A stretch of 64,000 bases of DNA from an uncultured delta proteobacterium (GTDB lineage: Bacteria > Desulfobacterota > Syntrophia > Syntrophales > UBA2185): contig CAVSPA010000010.1 in the NCBI GenBank assembly GCA_963729715.1, positions 128,001 to 192,000 of the forward strand. The letters are read 5' to 3'. This document shows, piece by piece, positions 18,915-29,508 of the stretch. The position numbers and the translations under genes were made by a program. The first letter of the stretch is position 1. Each line of letters starts with the position of its first letter. The notes under the pieces are model-generated. The model did not search any database, had not been told where the DNA came from, and saw only the letters and a list, made by a program, of their open reading frames with translations.

Positions 18915-19519
18915 GGCTTCTTCTCCTTCTCGGATTTAAAATTGTAAGCCGTATTCCATCCCCAGGTATCGGGCCTGCTGCCCCGTTTGACCACGCGTTG
19001 GATATAGATATCGGAAACGACATCGCCGTCTCCGCCTAAGAGTGCCTTGGTAGCGCACATCTCCGCGCACAAGGGCAGTTTGCCTTCGGCGATCCGGTTC
19101 CGCCCGTACAGTTTGTACTCTTCGACAGACCCATCCGGCAGAGGCCCGCCGGCGCAGAAGGTGCACTTGTCCATCTTCCCCCGGGCGGCGAAAGAGTTCT
19201 CTTCCGGGAACTGCGGTGCGCCGAAAGGACAGGCGTAGAAGCAATAGCCGCAGCCGATGCATAGGTCCTTGTCGTGGAGCACGATGCCCTCAGGAGTAAA
19301 ATAAAAGCAATCGACGGGACAGACGGCCGCGCACGGCGCATCCGTACAGTGCATGCAGGCCACGGAAATGGACTTCTCACCGGACACGCCGTCATTCATC
19401 GTTACCACGTGCCTGCGGTTTATGCCCCAGGGGACATCGTGTTCATTATTACATGCCGTCACGCAGGCATTGCAATCAATGCACCGTTCTGCATCACAGA
19501 GAAATTTCATCCTTGCCAT
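18911..19519 (-). CDS. Formate dehydrogenase iron-sulfur beta subunit (FDH3 type)
   Basis: MARMKFLCDAERCIDC start after GGAGG; four Cys clusters; KMDKCTFCAGGP. Confidence 0.95.
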   Translation of the reverse strand: MARMKFLCDAERCIDCNACVTACNNEHDVPWGINRRHVVTMNDGVSGEKSISVACMHCTDAPCAAVCPVDCFYFTPEGIVLHDKDLCIGCGYCFYACPFGAPQFPEENSFAARGKMDKCTFCAGGPLPDGSVEEYKLYGRNRIAEGKLPLCAEMCATKALLGGDGDVVSDIYIQRVVKRGSRPDTWGWNTAYNFKSEKEKKP

Positions 19520-19533
19520 GATTCGCCTCCTTC

Positions 19534-22425
19534 TTATGCCGGTGTGATCCGGCAGAGCGTTGCTTTCGTTTCCTGCATCTGGGTCACAGAATCGTATCCA
19601 TAGGTGGTGGCTGTGTTGCATGCTTCACCCCGGACATAGGGCGCCGTCCCTTCGGGGTAGCGGTCATAGAGATCCTTGCCCTGGAACCAGCCGCCGAAAT
19701 GGAATGGCGTGAAGACTGTGCCGGGCCCCACCCTTTTGGTGACCAAGGCCCGCACCTTGATCTTACCCCCTTCGGCACCCTCCAGCCAGATATACTGACC
19801 ATCGAAGATGCCTGCATCTGCCGCGTCTTTCGGGTTTACTTCCGCAAACATCTCCGGCCGCAGTTTGGCCAGCCACGGGTCAGAGCGTTCCTCCTCGCCG
19901 CCGCCTTCGTATTCAACCAGGCGGCCGCTCGTGAAAATCAGAGGATATTGTGAGCTGTGGTTTACCGACTGAATCGATTGGTAGCGGGTGGGCAGCCGCC
20001 AGTATGCCTTACGGTCCGGATAGGTCGGATATTTTTTCACCAAATCAAATCTGGGCGTGTACAGAGGCTCGCGATGGAGGGGAACGGGATCGGGATATGT
20101 CCAGACGTTGCAGCGGGCTCTACCGTTGCCAAAAGGGGCGCACCCGTGTTTGATGACCACCCGCTGGATGCCGCCGGAGAGATCCGTTTTCCAGCTCTTC
20201 CCTTCCGCCGCCTTCTTCTCGTCAGTGGTCAGTTCATCCCACCAGCCGAGCGTCTTCAGAATGTCAGAGGTAAATTCCGGATAGCCTGTCTTGATGTCCG
20301 AACCTTTTGCATAAATGCCGTCCGCAGCCAGCAGACTTACGCCGTTGTGATCGGCACCCCATGCGGCCCTGAAGACCAAGCCGCCCTCTGCCACAGGTTT
20401 GCTTGGGTCGTACAATATGGGCGTACCCGGATGCTTCATCTCCGGCTTACCCCAGCAGGGCCACGGCAGACCGTAATAATCGCCATTGCAGGGACCGCCC
20501 TCGGCCCTTAGGGTAAGAGTATTGAAGGTGCCGCGGTGTTTTGCGTGCAGCTTGAGGCGCTCGGGGCTCTGGCCCGTATAGCCGATCGTCCAAGCGCCGC
20601 GGTTGATTTCACGCAGGACGTCTTCGATCAACGGCTCGTCATTCGTGACTTTGATGTTTTTGAACATCTCCTTTTCGAAGCCCAGCTTCTTTGCCAACTT
20701 GCATAAGATGGTGTGGTCCGGCAGGGATTCATAGAGCGGTTCGATGATCTTCTCGCGCCACTGCAGGGCACGGTTCGATGCAGTGGCCGAGCCATAGGTC
20801 TCATACTGTGTGCACGTGGGAAGCAGATAGGTATCATTCTTCCTGTCGCTCATTACGGCCATGTGCGTAGGATGGGGATCGGAGATAACGACCATATCAA
20901 GCTTTTCGAGAGCCTGTTTCATATGCACGCCGCGCGTCTGGCTGTTACAGGCATGGCCCTGGAAGAAGACGGCCCGGATATTGTCCTTCTGTGAAATGTT
21001 TTTTTTGTCCTCCATCACACCGTCGATCCAGCGTGAAACGGGGATGCCGGGCATGTTCATGGTGTACTGCATGTTGCCGCCCCCGGCATCGTACTGCCGG
21101 CTCATATCAAAGCGGGATTTAATCCATTCGTAATCGACACCCCAGACTCCGGCCCAGTGTTTCCAGGAGCCCTCGGCAAGGCCATAGTAGCAGGAAAGGG
21201 TGTGGCAATTGGGTCCGACGTCGGTTGCTCCCTGGACGTTGTCATGGCCGCGGAAGATATTGGCGCCGCCACCTGATATACCGATGTTCCCGAGGGCAAG
21301 CTGCAAGATGCAGAACAGCCGCACTGTATGACTGGCTATGTGATGCTGGGTAACGCCCATACACCAGACGATAGTGCTCGGCCGGTTTTTCGCCATGGTC
21401 TTAGCGATCTCATATACCTTGTCCTTAGGAATGCCGGAGACGTTTTCAACCTCTTCGGGCGGCCATTTTTCCACTTCCTTCCGGATGTCGTCCATGGCAT
21501 AAACCCGCCGGGCGATATAGTCCTTGTCTTCCCAGCCGTTCTTGAAGACGTGCCAGAGCAGACCGTAAATGAACGGGATATCAGTACCGGACCGGATTCT
21601 CGCGTAAATGTCTGCGTGGGCCGCAGTGCGGGTGAAGCGGGGGTCCACGACGATCATCTTCGATCCGCCCTCTTTAGCTCGGAGAATTTGCAGCATGGCA
21701 ACCGGGTGGGCCTCGGCCGCATTGCTGCCAAGGAACAGCATGGCCTTGCTGTTTCGCATGTCGTTGTAGGAATTCGTCATGGCGCCGTAGCCCCAGGTGT
21801 TTGCCACACCGTCCACGGTGGTGGAATGGCAGATGCGCGCCTGGTTGTCCACATTGTTTGTGCCCCAGAGGGCGGCGAATTTCCCCTGCAGATAGGCTCC
21901 CTCGTTGCTTGCCTTGGAGGACCCGCAGAAGAAGAGCGCATCCGGTCCGGACTCCTGCCGGATCTTCAAGAGGCGGTCGCCGATCTCACCTATCGCCTGA
22001 TCCCAGGAGAGGCGCGTCCAGGCGCCGTTTACCAGTTTCATGGGATACTTCACGCGCCTGTGGCCGAAACCGTGGCTTCGGGCCGCAGCTCCTTTTGCAC
22101 AGTGGCCGCCGAGGTTGAAAGGTGACTCGTAATCCGGCTCCTGCCCGACCCAGATCCCATTCTGCAGCTCGGCGATGATGCCGCATCCGACGGAGCAATG
22201 GGTGCAGATCGTCCGCCGGTATTCCGTTTGCAGGTCAGGCCTCGGGAAATTTCTCTTTTCCTCCGTCGTGGCTTGACGCATGCATGATAACGGCAGCAGA
22301 CCAATCAGGGCGCCGCTTCCCAGCGCTGCGCCGCTTATTTTCATAAACGTCCTACGGTCAATGTATTTGGGAGTGGCAGGTTCAGAGGATGTCCTTCGCA
22401 GCCATTTTTTATTGAATTGTCTCAT
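19534..22425 (-). CDS. Formate dehydrogenase alpha subunit (Mo/W-bisPGD, Cys ligand, Tat signal)
   Basis: DRRTFMK Tat motif; CTHCSVGC...C.KG; QARICHSTT; RGHDNVQGATD; start at ATG 22425 after GGAGG (22446 is an alternative). Confidence 0.96.
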   Translation of the reverse strand: MRQFNKKWLRRTSSEPATPKYIDRRTFMKISGAALGSGALIGLLPLSCMRQATTEEKRNFPRPDLQTEYRRTICTHCSVGCGIIAELQNGIWVGQEPDYESPFNLGGHCAKGAAARSHGFGHRRVKYPMKLVNGAWTRLSWDQAIGEIGDRLLKIRQESGPDALFFCGSSKASNEGAYLQGKFAALWGTNNVDNQARICHSTTVDGVANTWGYGAMTNSYNDMRNSKAMLFLGSNAAEAHPVAMLQILRAKEGGSKMIVVDPRFTRTAAHADIYARIRSGTDIPFIYGLLWHVFKNGWEDKDYIARRVYAMDDIRKEVEKWPPEEVENVSGIPKDKVYEIAKTMAKNRPSTIVWCMGVTQHHIASHTVRLFCILQLALGNIGISGGGANIFRGHDNVQGATDVGPNCHTLSCYYGLAEGSWKHWAGVWGVDYEWIKSRFDMSRQYDAGGGNMQYTMNMPGIPVSRWIDGVMEDKKNISQKDNIRAVFFQGHACNSQTRGVHMKQALEKLDMVVISDPHPTHMAVMSDRKNDTYLLPTCTQYETYGSATASNRALQWREKIIEPLYESLPDHTILCKLAKKLGFEKEMFKNIKVTNDEPLIEDVLREINRGAWTIGYTGQSPERLKLHAKHRGTFNTLTLRAEGGPCNGDYYGLPWPCWGKPEMKHPGTPILYDPSKPVAEGGLVFRAAWGADHNGVSLLAADGIYAKGSDIKTGYPEFTSDILKTLGWWDELTTDEKKAAEGKSWKTDLSGGIQRVVIKHGCAPFGNGRARCNVWTYPDPVPLHREPLYTPRFDLVKKYPTYPDRKAYWRLPTRYQSIQSVNHSSQYPLIFTSGRLVEYEGGGEEERSDPWLAKLRPEMFAEVNPKDAADAGIFDGQYIWLEGAEGGKIKVRALVTKRVGPGTVFTPFHFGGWFQGKDLYDRYPEGTAPYVRGEACNTATTYGYDSVTQMQETKATLCRITPA

Positions 22426-22458
22426 GCGTGCATACCTCCATAACATTCTGTCGGTCCG

Positions 22459-22653
22459 TTACATCCTTGCCGTCTCATAATATTTTCTTATATGATCCGT
22501 TAATCGATAACCTTTGCCTGGTTCTTCCTGCGGCAGGGGCTGTTTTGTCTTTGCTGTCGTTGGCCTGAGACGGCCAAGCAAAGCGGCAAGTCCGCTTGCG
22601 ATTGCCGCGCTCTTGATAAATTTCCGCCGGTCGCACGTAGTTTCCATTTTCAT
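22459..22653 (-). CDS. Small twin-arginine protein of FDH loci
   Basis: DRRKFIK and GYRLTDHIRKYYETAR. Confidence 0.85.
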   Translation of the reverse strand: MKMETTCDRRKFIKSAAIASGLAALLGRLRPTTAKTKQPLPQEEPGKGYRLTDHIRKYYETARM

Positions 22654-23309
22654 CTTCTTTTCCTCCTTCGTTTATGGGGTGTTGAGCCTTTAGCACTGCA
22701 TTTCAAGTATTCTCTTTCGGATTCGAGAAAACAGCTGCCGAGTGAGCCGACCGCGCGGTAAAATCCGGCGCTCTTTGCGGACTCCAAGTCCTTGAAGAAG
22801 GCCGTCATCCACGATGCTATATGCTGCCTGAAGAATTCCGCCTGCGTTTCGTAGGGCACATTATTCTGCTTCTCGGAGATGAGCGCCATTATTTCGCAGA
22901 GCGCACCGGCATGATCTTCCGAATCATGGTTGTCCGCCTGCCGTACGATGCCCAGACGAAACAAGTCGGACCGCAAGGATGCCAATGGCAGGGACTGAAT
23001 CATTCTTTCCCTGTACCACGATGCGTATGGAATGACCTCGCCGCATCCCATGCCTACGAAGAGCCTGTTATATTCATTTCCCACAACGTCGGGCTGATAG
23101 TCGCGGCTGGCGAGGCGCAGCGCGCCGAGGGCTTTGTGCACCGTTTGGGAGATGTCCTCATCCCATTCCAGGTGTCGCAACACATTCAGATGTTCTCCCG
23201 AGGGTGGACTTACCAGAAGCGCAGCCAGTGTAACGTAAATGTCTGTGCGGATGTTTGCGTGCGAGACGAACCATCCTGACGCATCCGCGTTCATCATTAC
23301 CGATTCCAT
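22650..23309 (-). CDS. TorD/DmsD-family molybdoenzyme chaperone
   Basis: EYNRLFVG, PYASWY, EDH....CE, FF..HI..W, FYR. Confidence 0.92.
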   Translation of the reverse strand: MESVMMNADASGWFVSHANIRTDIYVTLAALLVSPPSGEHLNVLRHLEWDEDISQTVHKALGALRLASRDYQPDVVGNEYNRLFVGMGCGEVIPYASWYRERMIQSLPLASLRSDLFRLGIVRQADNHDSEDHAGALCEIMALISEKQNNVPYETQAEFFRQHIASWMTAFFKDLESAKSAGFYRAVGSLGSCFLESEREYLKCSAKGSTPHKRRRKRR

Positions 23310-25210
23310 GATTTCATATCCTCAGACATAAGGGCATCACGGGTGCGGCAGACGCGGCACATCTGCAACCGGCGCAATTGCCGTTCGTTCGCATACATCC
23401 AGTGGCCCTTGAGTCTTTCTTGCATGCGGTTTACCATGCCCTTCGAAGCGAAAGGGGAATCGCATTTGATACAACGGAACGCATCTGCCTCATGCAGCAC
23501 TATCCGCACCTCAGGCACTTCGGGGTCGCACAGCATCCTTGTCTGTAGTTGAATCGCGTGCTCAGGGCATGTTTCCTCGCACAATCCGCATTGATGGCAG
23601 CATGATTCGAGAAACAGAAGCCGCGGCAGATTGCCGCCTGCGGTTAGCGCCCCTGAAGGACAGGCGGTTGCACACGCCATGCACAACGTACAGGCGTTGT
23701 GGTCTACGGCCACGGCGCCGAACGGAGAGCCCGCCGGCAGTATGAGCCACGGTCGTCTGGCGCCGGATTCGTCATAAAGATGCTGCACTGCTAGGCGGAC
23801 GCGCTCTCGCCTGTGGTGCACATAAGAAGCTGCCAATGGCTGCATCGGAAAATTGCGAAATTGCACATCAGGAAAGTCCGTCCTTAATACGTCCTTCATA
23901 TAATCATCATCCTCTTGAGGAATGACGACAAACCTGACCTTGCTTTCAGGCAGGTCGAGCCCTTTCAGTATAGCGCGGGCCAATTGCGCCTGCCATGCCA
24001 CGGCCTCCCTGATCTTGGGCGGGTTCTGCTCTTCGCAGGCAATCACAACCTTGTGGGCGCCATAAGAGAGGGCAGCGAGGATTACATCCAGTCCTATGTA
24101 GCCGATTTCGTCCACCTCGAAAGTGACCACGCTGTCATTCTGCATGTTGCGCTCCGCGTTTTGCGAGTCAGAGATAACTAGGGTGTGGGGGAAAATAGAG
24201 TTTGCCTTGCGGTTCTCAAGGGAGCGCTGCAAGGTATCGAGAAGTTCCACCTGAGAAGGGTGCACCATACGAATCGCGTCCGCAGGGCAGACCAAGGCGC
24301 AGCCGCCGCATCCCTGACATAGGTAATGATTGACGGAAATTTCCCGCCCATCCGTCTGGATCGCACCAAGGGGACAAACCTCCGTGCACCGGCGACAGTT
24401 GCGCGTGCGCGACAGTCCATGAAGACAGCGGCTTTTCTGAAAGATCATAAATTGCGGTTTTTCAAATCGGCCTCGCATCTCCGGAAGCTCAGCCAGTACT
24501 TCATTGAGATCCTCTGGATTCTGCCCGGGCACGTAGTATCCCATAGGCAGACTATCTCCCGAAAAAGACGGAGTGGGCTGAAGATCAAGGACAAGGTCAA
24601 ATCCTTCCGTCAGATACGTTTGATCCCCCTTAGCGGTCACCGTTGCGGAAAAACCGCCGAATGCTCCGGTAATCGAAATGCGATCTGCCTCGAGAAGCGC
24701 GGGTCGACTGAGCCTGGGGAAAGATGCATCTTTCGACGTCTTTTCCGTCACCACCAGGGTGCAGGTCAAGAGTTGATCAGTGAGTATTTTGCCGCAGGCG
24801 ACGGCACGATCGGCATCCGTATCGATGATCAACGTTCGCCCTTGGGATACCACTGTCAAAGGTGGCAAGTGTTCGACAGGCTCAGGCTCATCGCTTTCTA
24901 TCTCTATTTGTTTTCCATTCGAAGTCACCGCCTCATCTACAGAAGAGTCAATGCAGCCCTCCTCGCGCAGGCGGCCCATCTGATGGCGCATGTCTGCGGT
25001 AATAATGCCGTCGAGTGGCTCGAAGAATCGGTAGTTTCCGGAACAGTCGTTCAGATCGTCGGTGCGGTTGAACTCTGCGGAATGGAAGTCTATTGTTGCG
25101 CCATTAGCAGCACGATAAACGGAAGGCGCTGACACCCCGGTCATTTCGGTTGTGGAGCAGAGGTCAGAATTTTCCGATGGTATGCTTGCCGATTCCTTTT
25201 CCTTTTTCAT
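23297..25210 (-). CDS. Polyferredoxin / 4Fe-4S binding protein of the FDH maturation cluster
   Basis: Multiple CxxCxxCxxxCP motifs; C-terminal CxxC...PF...CxxC. Confidence 0.88.
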   Translation of the reverse strand: MKKEKESASIPSENSDLCSTTEMTGVSAPSVYRAANGATIDFHSAEFNRTDDLNDCSGNYRFFEPLDGIITADMRHQMGRLREEGCIDSSVDEAVTSNGKQIEIESDEPEPVEHLPPLTVVSQGRTLIIDTDADRAVACGKILTDQLLTCTLVVTEKTSKDASFPRLSRPALLEADRISITGAFGGFSATVTAKGDQTYLTEGFDLVLDLQPTPSFSGDSLPMGYYVPGQNPEDLNEVLAELPEMRGRFEKPQFMIFQKSRCLHGLSRTRNCRRCTEVCPLGAIQTDGREISVNHYLCQGCGGCALVCPADAIRMVHPSQVELLDTLQRSLENRKANSIFPHTLVISDSQNAERNMQNDSVVTFEVDEIGYIGLDVILAALSYGAHKVVIACEEQNPPKIREAVAWQAQLARAILKGLDLPESKVRFVVIPQEDDDYMKDVLRTDFPDVQFRNFPMQPLAASYVHHRRERVRLAVQHLYDESGARRPWLILPAGSPFGAVAVDHNACTLCMACATACPSGALTAGGNLPRLLFLESCCHQCGLCEETCPEHAIQLQTRMLCDPEVPEVRIVLHEADAFRCIKCDSPFASKGMVNRMQERLKGHWMYANERQLRRLQMCRVCRTRDALMSEDMKSWNR

Positions 25211-25582
25211 AAGATGATCCTTAGCAGGGGAATTTGATTTATTCTATTACTGTAAATGATCATCCACTCAGCGATGTCTCAGTATTTAATAGAAACCAAT
25301 CGGACATTTCTTGTCTACGCTAACGGTTCTTATACGGGCAGTCTATAAGGGTGTGGTAGATTTATGTTGGGGGGGAAATCTTATTTATTGCTCATCCTAT
25401 GGATGAACGAAAGCAGCAAGATGACGATAAGATATATAGCGTATGGGGATTAAATTTCATCTTTACAGGAACAATCTGTTTTGGGAAAAAAGAAAAGCGT
25501 GAAGAAAGAAAATTATTCGAGAATATTAAACTTTGAGCAAGTAATGTCAATCCCAGGCGGATAAAACTCTCCGGTCATTCTT

Positions 25583-27382
25583 TCAGAAAAAATCTTTCTT
25601 CATATCTACTGTTATGCCGTTGCTTGCCAGGAGAGTTTTGGCGAGACCCTCGATTTTTGGAAGTTCGTATTGGAAGAAATAGCGGAAGGTATAAAGCTTT
25701 CCCTGATAGAAATTCATCTCCGTCCCGGTGGGATTCATCCGCAAGGCCTTGTGGATGGCAAGGGCCTGGAGGAGCCACTGCCAGCCTATGGTTATGATGC
25801 CGAAGAATTCCAGATAAAGTGTTGAGTCTGCCAAGAAGAGATCCACCTTTCCCTGCATGGCAAGGCTGATCAGATGCGCCGTGACCGTCTTTAGTTTGTC
25901 GGCGGCTTCTTCGAGTTCCCGGGTGTAAGACTGCAACGGCGGCTCTTCTTTGGCGATGGCTATGGTCCTTTCGATCTCTTGGATAAGCAGCATGGCCGCC
26001 TCTCCGTTCTTCATGGGCACCTTGCGGCCAAGGAGGTCGAGGGCTTGAATGCCTGTGGTTCCCTCGTGGATGGGATGGATGCGCGCATCACGATAGAGTT
26101 GTTCAATGGGAAACTCATCACAGTAGCCGTATCCGCCGAGACATTGCAAGGCGTGGCTCACGGCGAGGATTCCCATCTCCGCAGGATAGCTCTTGGCCAC
26201 AGGCGTGAGAATTTCGAGGAGGAGGTTGTATTTCTCTTTTTCCTTTCCTTCCAGGACCTTCTCGAGATCGAGATATTTGCCGCATTGCATGAGGAGTGAA
26301 AGGGAGCCTTCCACGACGGCGCGCTGGAAGAGAAGCATCCGCTTCACGTCAGGGTGCTTGATGATAGGAACTTGAGGTGACAGGGGATCCTTGGCCGTAG
26401 GCGGCCGTCCCTGAGGTCGCTCCCGGGTATATTCCAGTGCCGCATAATAGGCGGCGGACGCAATGCCGGCGGCTGCGATCCCCACGGCGATACGCGCCTC
26501 GTTCATCAACTGGAACATGTGGGATAGTCCCCGGTTCGGCTGTCCAACAAGATAGCCCCTACAGTCACCGTTCTCGCCGAAGCTCAATTGAGTAATTGGC
26601 GCCCCGCGGTAGCCCATTTTGTGGTAGATGCCCGTCACGTGGACATCGTTAGAGATGAGTCCGCGATTATCATCGGGTCGCATCTTAGGGACGACAAATA
26701 GAGAAATGCCCCTGACGCCGGGAGGAGCACCTGCAATCCTCGCCAGAAGGAGATGTACGACGTTTTGCACACCGTCATGATCCCCTGTGGAGATAAATAT
26801 TTTCTGTCCCCTTATCCGGTAGTATCCATGGTCACTGGGTTCAGCGAGGGTCGTTATATCAGATAAGGAACTTCCCGCATGTGGCTCGGTGAGGGCCATG
26901 GTCCCCTGCCAGTCGCCGGCGTACATCTTCGGGATATAGGCATTGATCAGTTCTTCAGTGCCAAAGGAATATATGAGATGGGCGGCGCCGTCGGTGAGGT
27001 AGGGATAGACGCTCCCTGCATAATTCGCTGCGGAGAAAATGAACATGGGGACGAATCCCAAAATCACCGGAAGCTGCTGCCCGCCCAATTCTTGAGGGGC
27101 CGTAGCGGATATCCAGCCGCCTGCGCCGCAAATCTGCATAATCTCTTTCACCTGCGGATGAACCCTCACCTGGCCATCGACGAATTCCGGCTGGTTCTTG
27201 TCCATTTCCCGCAAGCTGGGTTTGAAGAGATCCCTCCCCAGTTTCAGGGCTGTTTCAAGGATCATGTCGAAGGCCTCCCGGCTATGATCGGCATAGCGGG
27301 GATATTTGAGGAGGGAGGTTGCATCGAAAACCTCGTAGAGCAAAAATCTGATATTTCTTTCACTAACGAATTTATCAGCCAA
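25583..27382 (-). CDS. Acyl-CoA dehydrogenase (about 600-aa type)
   Basis: GTMALTEPHAGS, GQKIFIS, MNEARI, GGYGY, IHEGTTGIQALDL; likely TTG start after AGGAGG. Confidence 0.95.
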   Translation of the reverse strand: MADKFVSERNIRFLLYEVFDATSLLKYPRYADHSREAFDMILETALKLGRDLFKPSLREMDKNQPEFVDGQVRVHPQVKEIMQICGAGGWISATAPQELGGQQLPVILGFVPMFIFSAANYAGSVYPYLTDGAAHLIYSFGTEELINAYIPKMYAGDWQGTMALTEPHAGSSLSDITTLAEPSDHGYYRIRGQKIFISTGDHDGVQNVVHLLLARIAGAPPGVRGISLFVVPKMRPDDNRGLISNDVHVTGIYHKMGYRGAPITQLSFGENGDCRGYLVGQPNRGLSHMFQLMNEARIAVGIAAAGIASAAYYAALEYTRERPQGRPPTAKDPLSPQVPIIKHPDVKRMLLFQRAVVEGSLSLLMQCGKYLDLEKVLEGKEKEKYNLLLEILTPVAKSYPAEMGILAVSHALQCLGGYGYCDEFPIEQLYRDARIHPIHEGTTGIQALDLLGRKVPMKNGEAAMLLIQEIERTIAIAKEEPPLQSYTRELEEAADKLKTVTAHLISLAMQGKVDLFLADSTLYLEFFGIITIGWQWLLQALAIHKALRMNPTGTEMNFYQGKLYTFRYFFQYELPKIEGLAKTLLASNGITVDMKKDFF

Positions 27383-27450
27383 GATTTCCTCCTTTGACGT
27401 TCGTGAGAGAGATGACAAATTCTGATTTGCCGCACAAGTTCTATTTCTTA

Positions 27451-28548
27451 TTAGGGGCTCTTTTTTTCTATTCTGCCGTCGATGATCAGGTCGTCGCCAA
27501 GCCTTCGGACTTTTCTGTATGCTATTCTGAGCGATTCATTTATGCTCTTGATGCAAAGATCGCCGATCGCCTCAAGCCCTTTCCCTACGATCTTGGGAGC
27601 AATAATTATGACCACTCTATCAACCAGTTGTTCCGCCAATATGGATGTGATGATGGCCGCTCCTCCTTCAACGAGGACAGATGAGATATTCCTCTTTCCC
27701 AGTTCCATAAGAAGTCTCATCAGATCAACACGGCGATCCTTATTGGTGTCAACTGCGAGCACTTCAATCCCGAGATCCGCAAGCCGGGCGCGTTTCTCAC
27801 GGTCCGCATTATGGGTGGTTGCGACTATAGTCCAGGCCTTGTCCTGGTCCTTCAGAATTCGTGCATCAGGAGATATACGCAAATGGGAGTCGACAATGAT
27901 CCGGAGTGGGTTTCTCCCTCTGACGAGACGGACAGTCAGTTCCGGATCATCCTTCGACAAGGTGCCTGAACCAACGAGGACAGCATCATGATGACTCCTC
28001 AATGCATGAGCAAACTTGAGTGACTGCTCGGAGCTGATCCACCGGGAATGTCCCGAGGCCGTGGCAATCCTTCCATCGATGCTCTGGGCAAACTTGAGGG
28101 TTACGAAGGGAATTCCCGTCCGCATGAATTTTAAAAACCGTTCATTGAATTCCTTGCAAGCTTCTTCCAGGATGCCCACCGTCGTCTTTATACCGTGACG
28201 TTTGAGGGCTTCGATGCCTTTGCCTGCAACTGCGGGATTGGGATCAGGGGTGCCGATGACTACTCTTGCGGGTTTAGCGGCAATAACGCTGTCTATGCAG
28301 GGAGGTGTTTTCCCGTAATGAGTACAAGGTTCGAGGTTAATATAGATGGTCGCGCCCTTTATGGGTTCGCTGGCGTGGCTAATGGCATTGATTTCGGCGT
28401 GGTTGCCGCCGAATTTCTGATGATACCCCTCTCCGATAATCCGGCCCCTCCTTACAATAACGGCGCCGACCATGGGGTTGGGACTCACCCATGCCTCTCC
28501 TCTGCGGGCAAGCCTGAGGGCCCGTTTCATGTAGAATTCATCAGTCAT
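27451..28548 (-). CDS. ribD: Bifunctional riboflavin biosynthesis deaminase/reductase
   Basis: PNPMVG, HAE, LEPCTHYGKTPPC, VEGG. Confidence 0.97.
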   Translation of the reverse strand: MTDEFYMKRALRLARRGEAWVSPNPMVGAVIVRRGRIIGEGYHQKFGGNHAEINAISHASEPIKGATIYINLEPCTHYGKTPPCIDSVIAAKPARVVIGTPDPNPAVAGKGIEALKRHGIKTTVGILEEACKEFNERFLKFMRTGIPFVTLKFAQSIDGRIATASGHSRWISSEQSLKFAHALRSHHDAVLVGSGTLSKDDPELTVRLVRGRNPLRIIVDSHLRISPDARILKDQDKAWTIVATTHNADREKRARLADLGIEVLAVDTNKDRRVDLMRLLMELGKRNISSVLVEGGAAIITSILAEQLVDRVVIIIAPKIVGKGLEAIGDLCIKSINESLRIAYRKVRRLGDDLIIDGRIEKKSP

Positions 28549-28768
28549 GATGCGTCTTCCTCCCGGTGTCTGATGCATCTTATACCACGGCTGTTATGGA
28601 TGTAAAGGGTGAATAACAAAAGAATGTTTCTGTTGTTGAGTGTGCTTTAATGTGATATAGGAAAGCGCAATTATCGGTCTTGAGATTGACTCCGGGTCAA
28701 TCCGGTATTCTTGGGTTTGCACTGAGGACAAGGGTGACGCCCGTCCTCGCAAAAAAGGAGAAGAAATT

Positions 28769-29497
28769 ATGAAGGGTGTTGTTTTAGCGGGCGGTTTAGG
28801 CAGCCGCATGTATCCACTCACGAAGGTTACTAATAAACATCTCCTTCCGGTTTATAATGAACCCATGATTTATTATCCTATAAAGATACTCGTGAATGCA
28901 GGTATTGATGATATCATGATTGTCACGGGCGGAAACAATGCCGGCGAATTTCTGAAACTCCTGGGAAACGGGGCGGACTTCGGCCTCAGGCATCTCAATT
29001 ATACATATCAGGAGGGAGAGGGGGGAATAGCCGCCGCCCTGAGCCTTGCAGAGTTTTTTGCCGATGAAGGGAAAATCGCTGTCGTCTTGGGGGATAATAT
29101 CATTGAGAAGAATGTCAGAAAAGCAGTTGAATCTTTTAAGAAACAGAAAGACGGGGCCCGCATTATGCTGAAAGAGGTGTCTGACCCCAAAAGGTTCGGC
29201 GTACCCGTCTTCGATGGAAAACGTATTATACGTGTTGAAGAAAAACCCGCCGCGCCGAAATCTCAGTATGCTGTCATTGGCATTTATATGTATGACAGGA
29301 GAGTGTTTGATTTCATCAAGACCTTGAAGCCGTCAGAGAGAGGAGAACTGGAGATTACGGACGTCAATAATTTCTATATTAACGAAGGAAAAATGGAGTG
29401 GGACATTCTTGATGGCTGGTGGAGCGATGCGGGGACATTTGAATCCCTGCAATATGCCGGTAATATGGTTGCGAAAACGGGAGCAAATAAAATGTGA
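28769..29497 (+). CDS. Glucose-1-phosphate thymidylyltransferase-like nucleotidyltransferase (short form)
   Basis: GVVLAGGLGSRMYPLT..NKHLLPVY, EEKP, PSERGELEITD. Confidence 0.9.
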   Translation: MKGVVLAGGLGSRMYPLTKVTNKHLLPVYNEPMIYYPIKILVNAGIDDIMIVTGGNNAGEFLKLLGNGADFGLRHLNYTYQEGEGGIAAALSLAEFFADEGKIAVVLGDNIIEKNVRKAVESFKKQKDGARIMLKEVSDPKRFGVPVFDGKRIIRVEEKPAAPKSQYAVIGIYMYDRRVFDFIKTLKPSERGELEITDVNNFYINEGKMEWDILDGWWSDAGTFESLQYAGNMVAKTGANKM

Positions 29498-29508
29498 GGA
29501 CATCGAAT

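Noticed and set aside
21826..21840. Possible selenocysteine at the FDH alpha active site
   Set aside because: The codon is TGC (ARICH); the ORF is uninterrupted
21328..22125. 265-aa plus-strand ORF and similar long antisense ORFs (24326-25132, 40885-41604, 55810-56517)
   Set aside because: Antisense shadows of conserved genes arising from codon bias
25433..25444. TATATAGCGTAT resembling half of a ModE box upstream of the FDH operon
   Set aside because: No matching second half-site at the expected spacing
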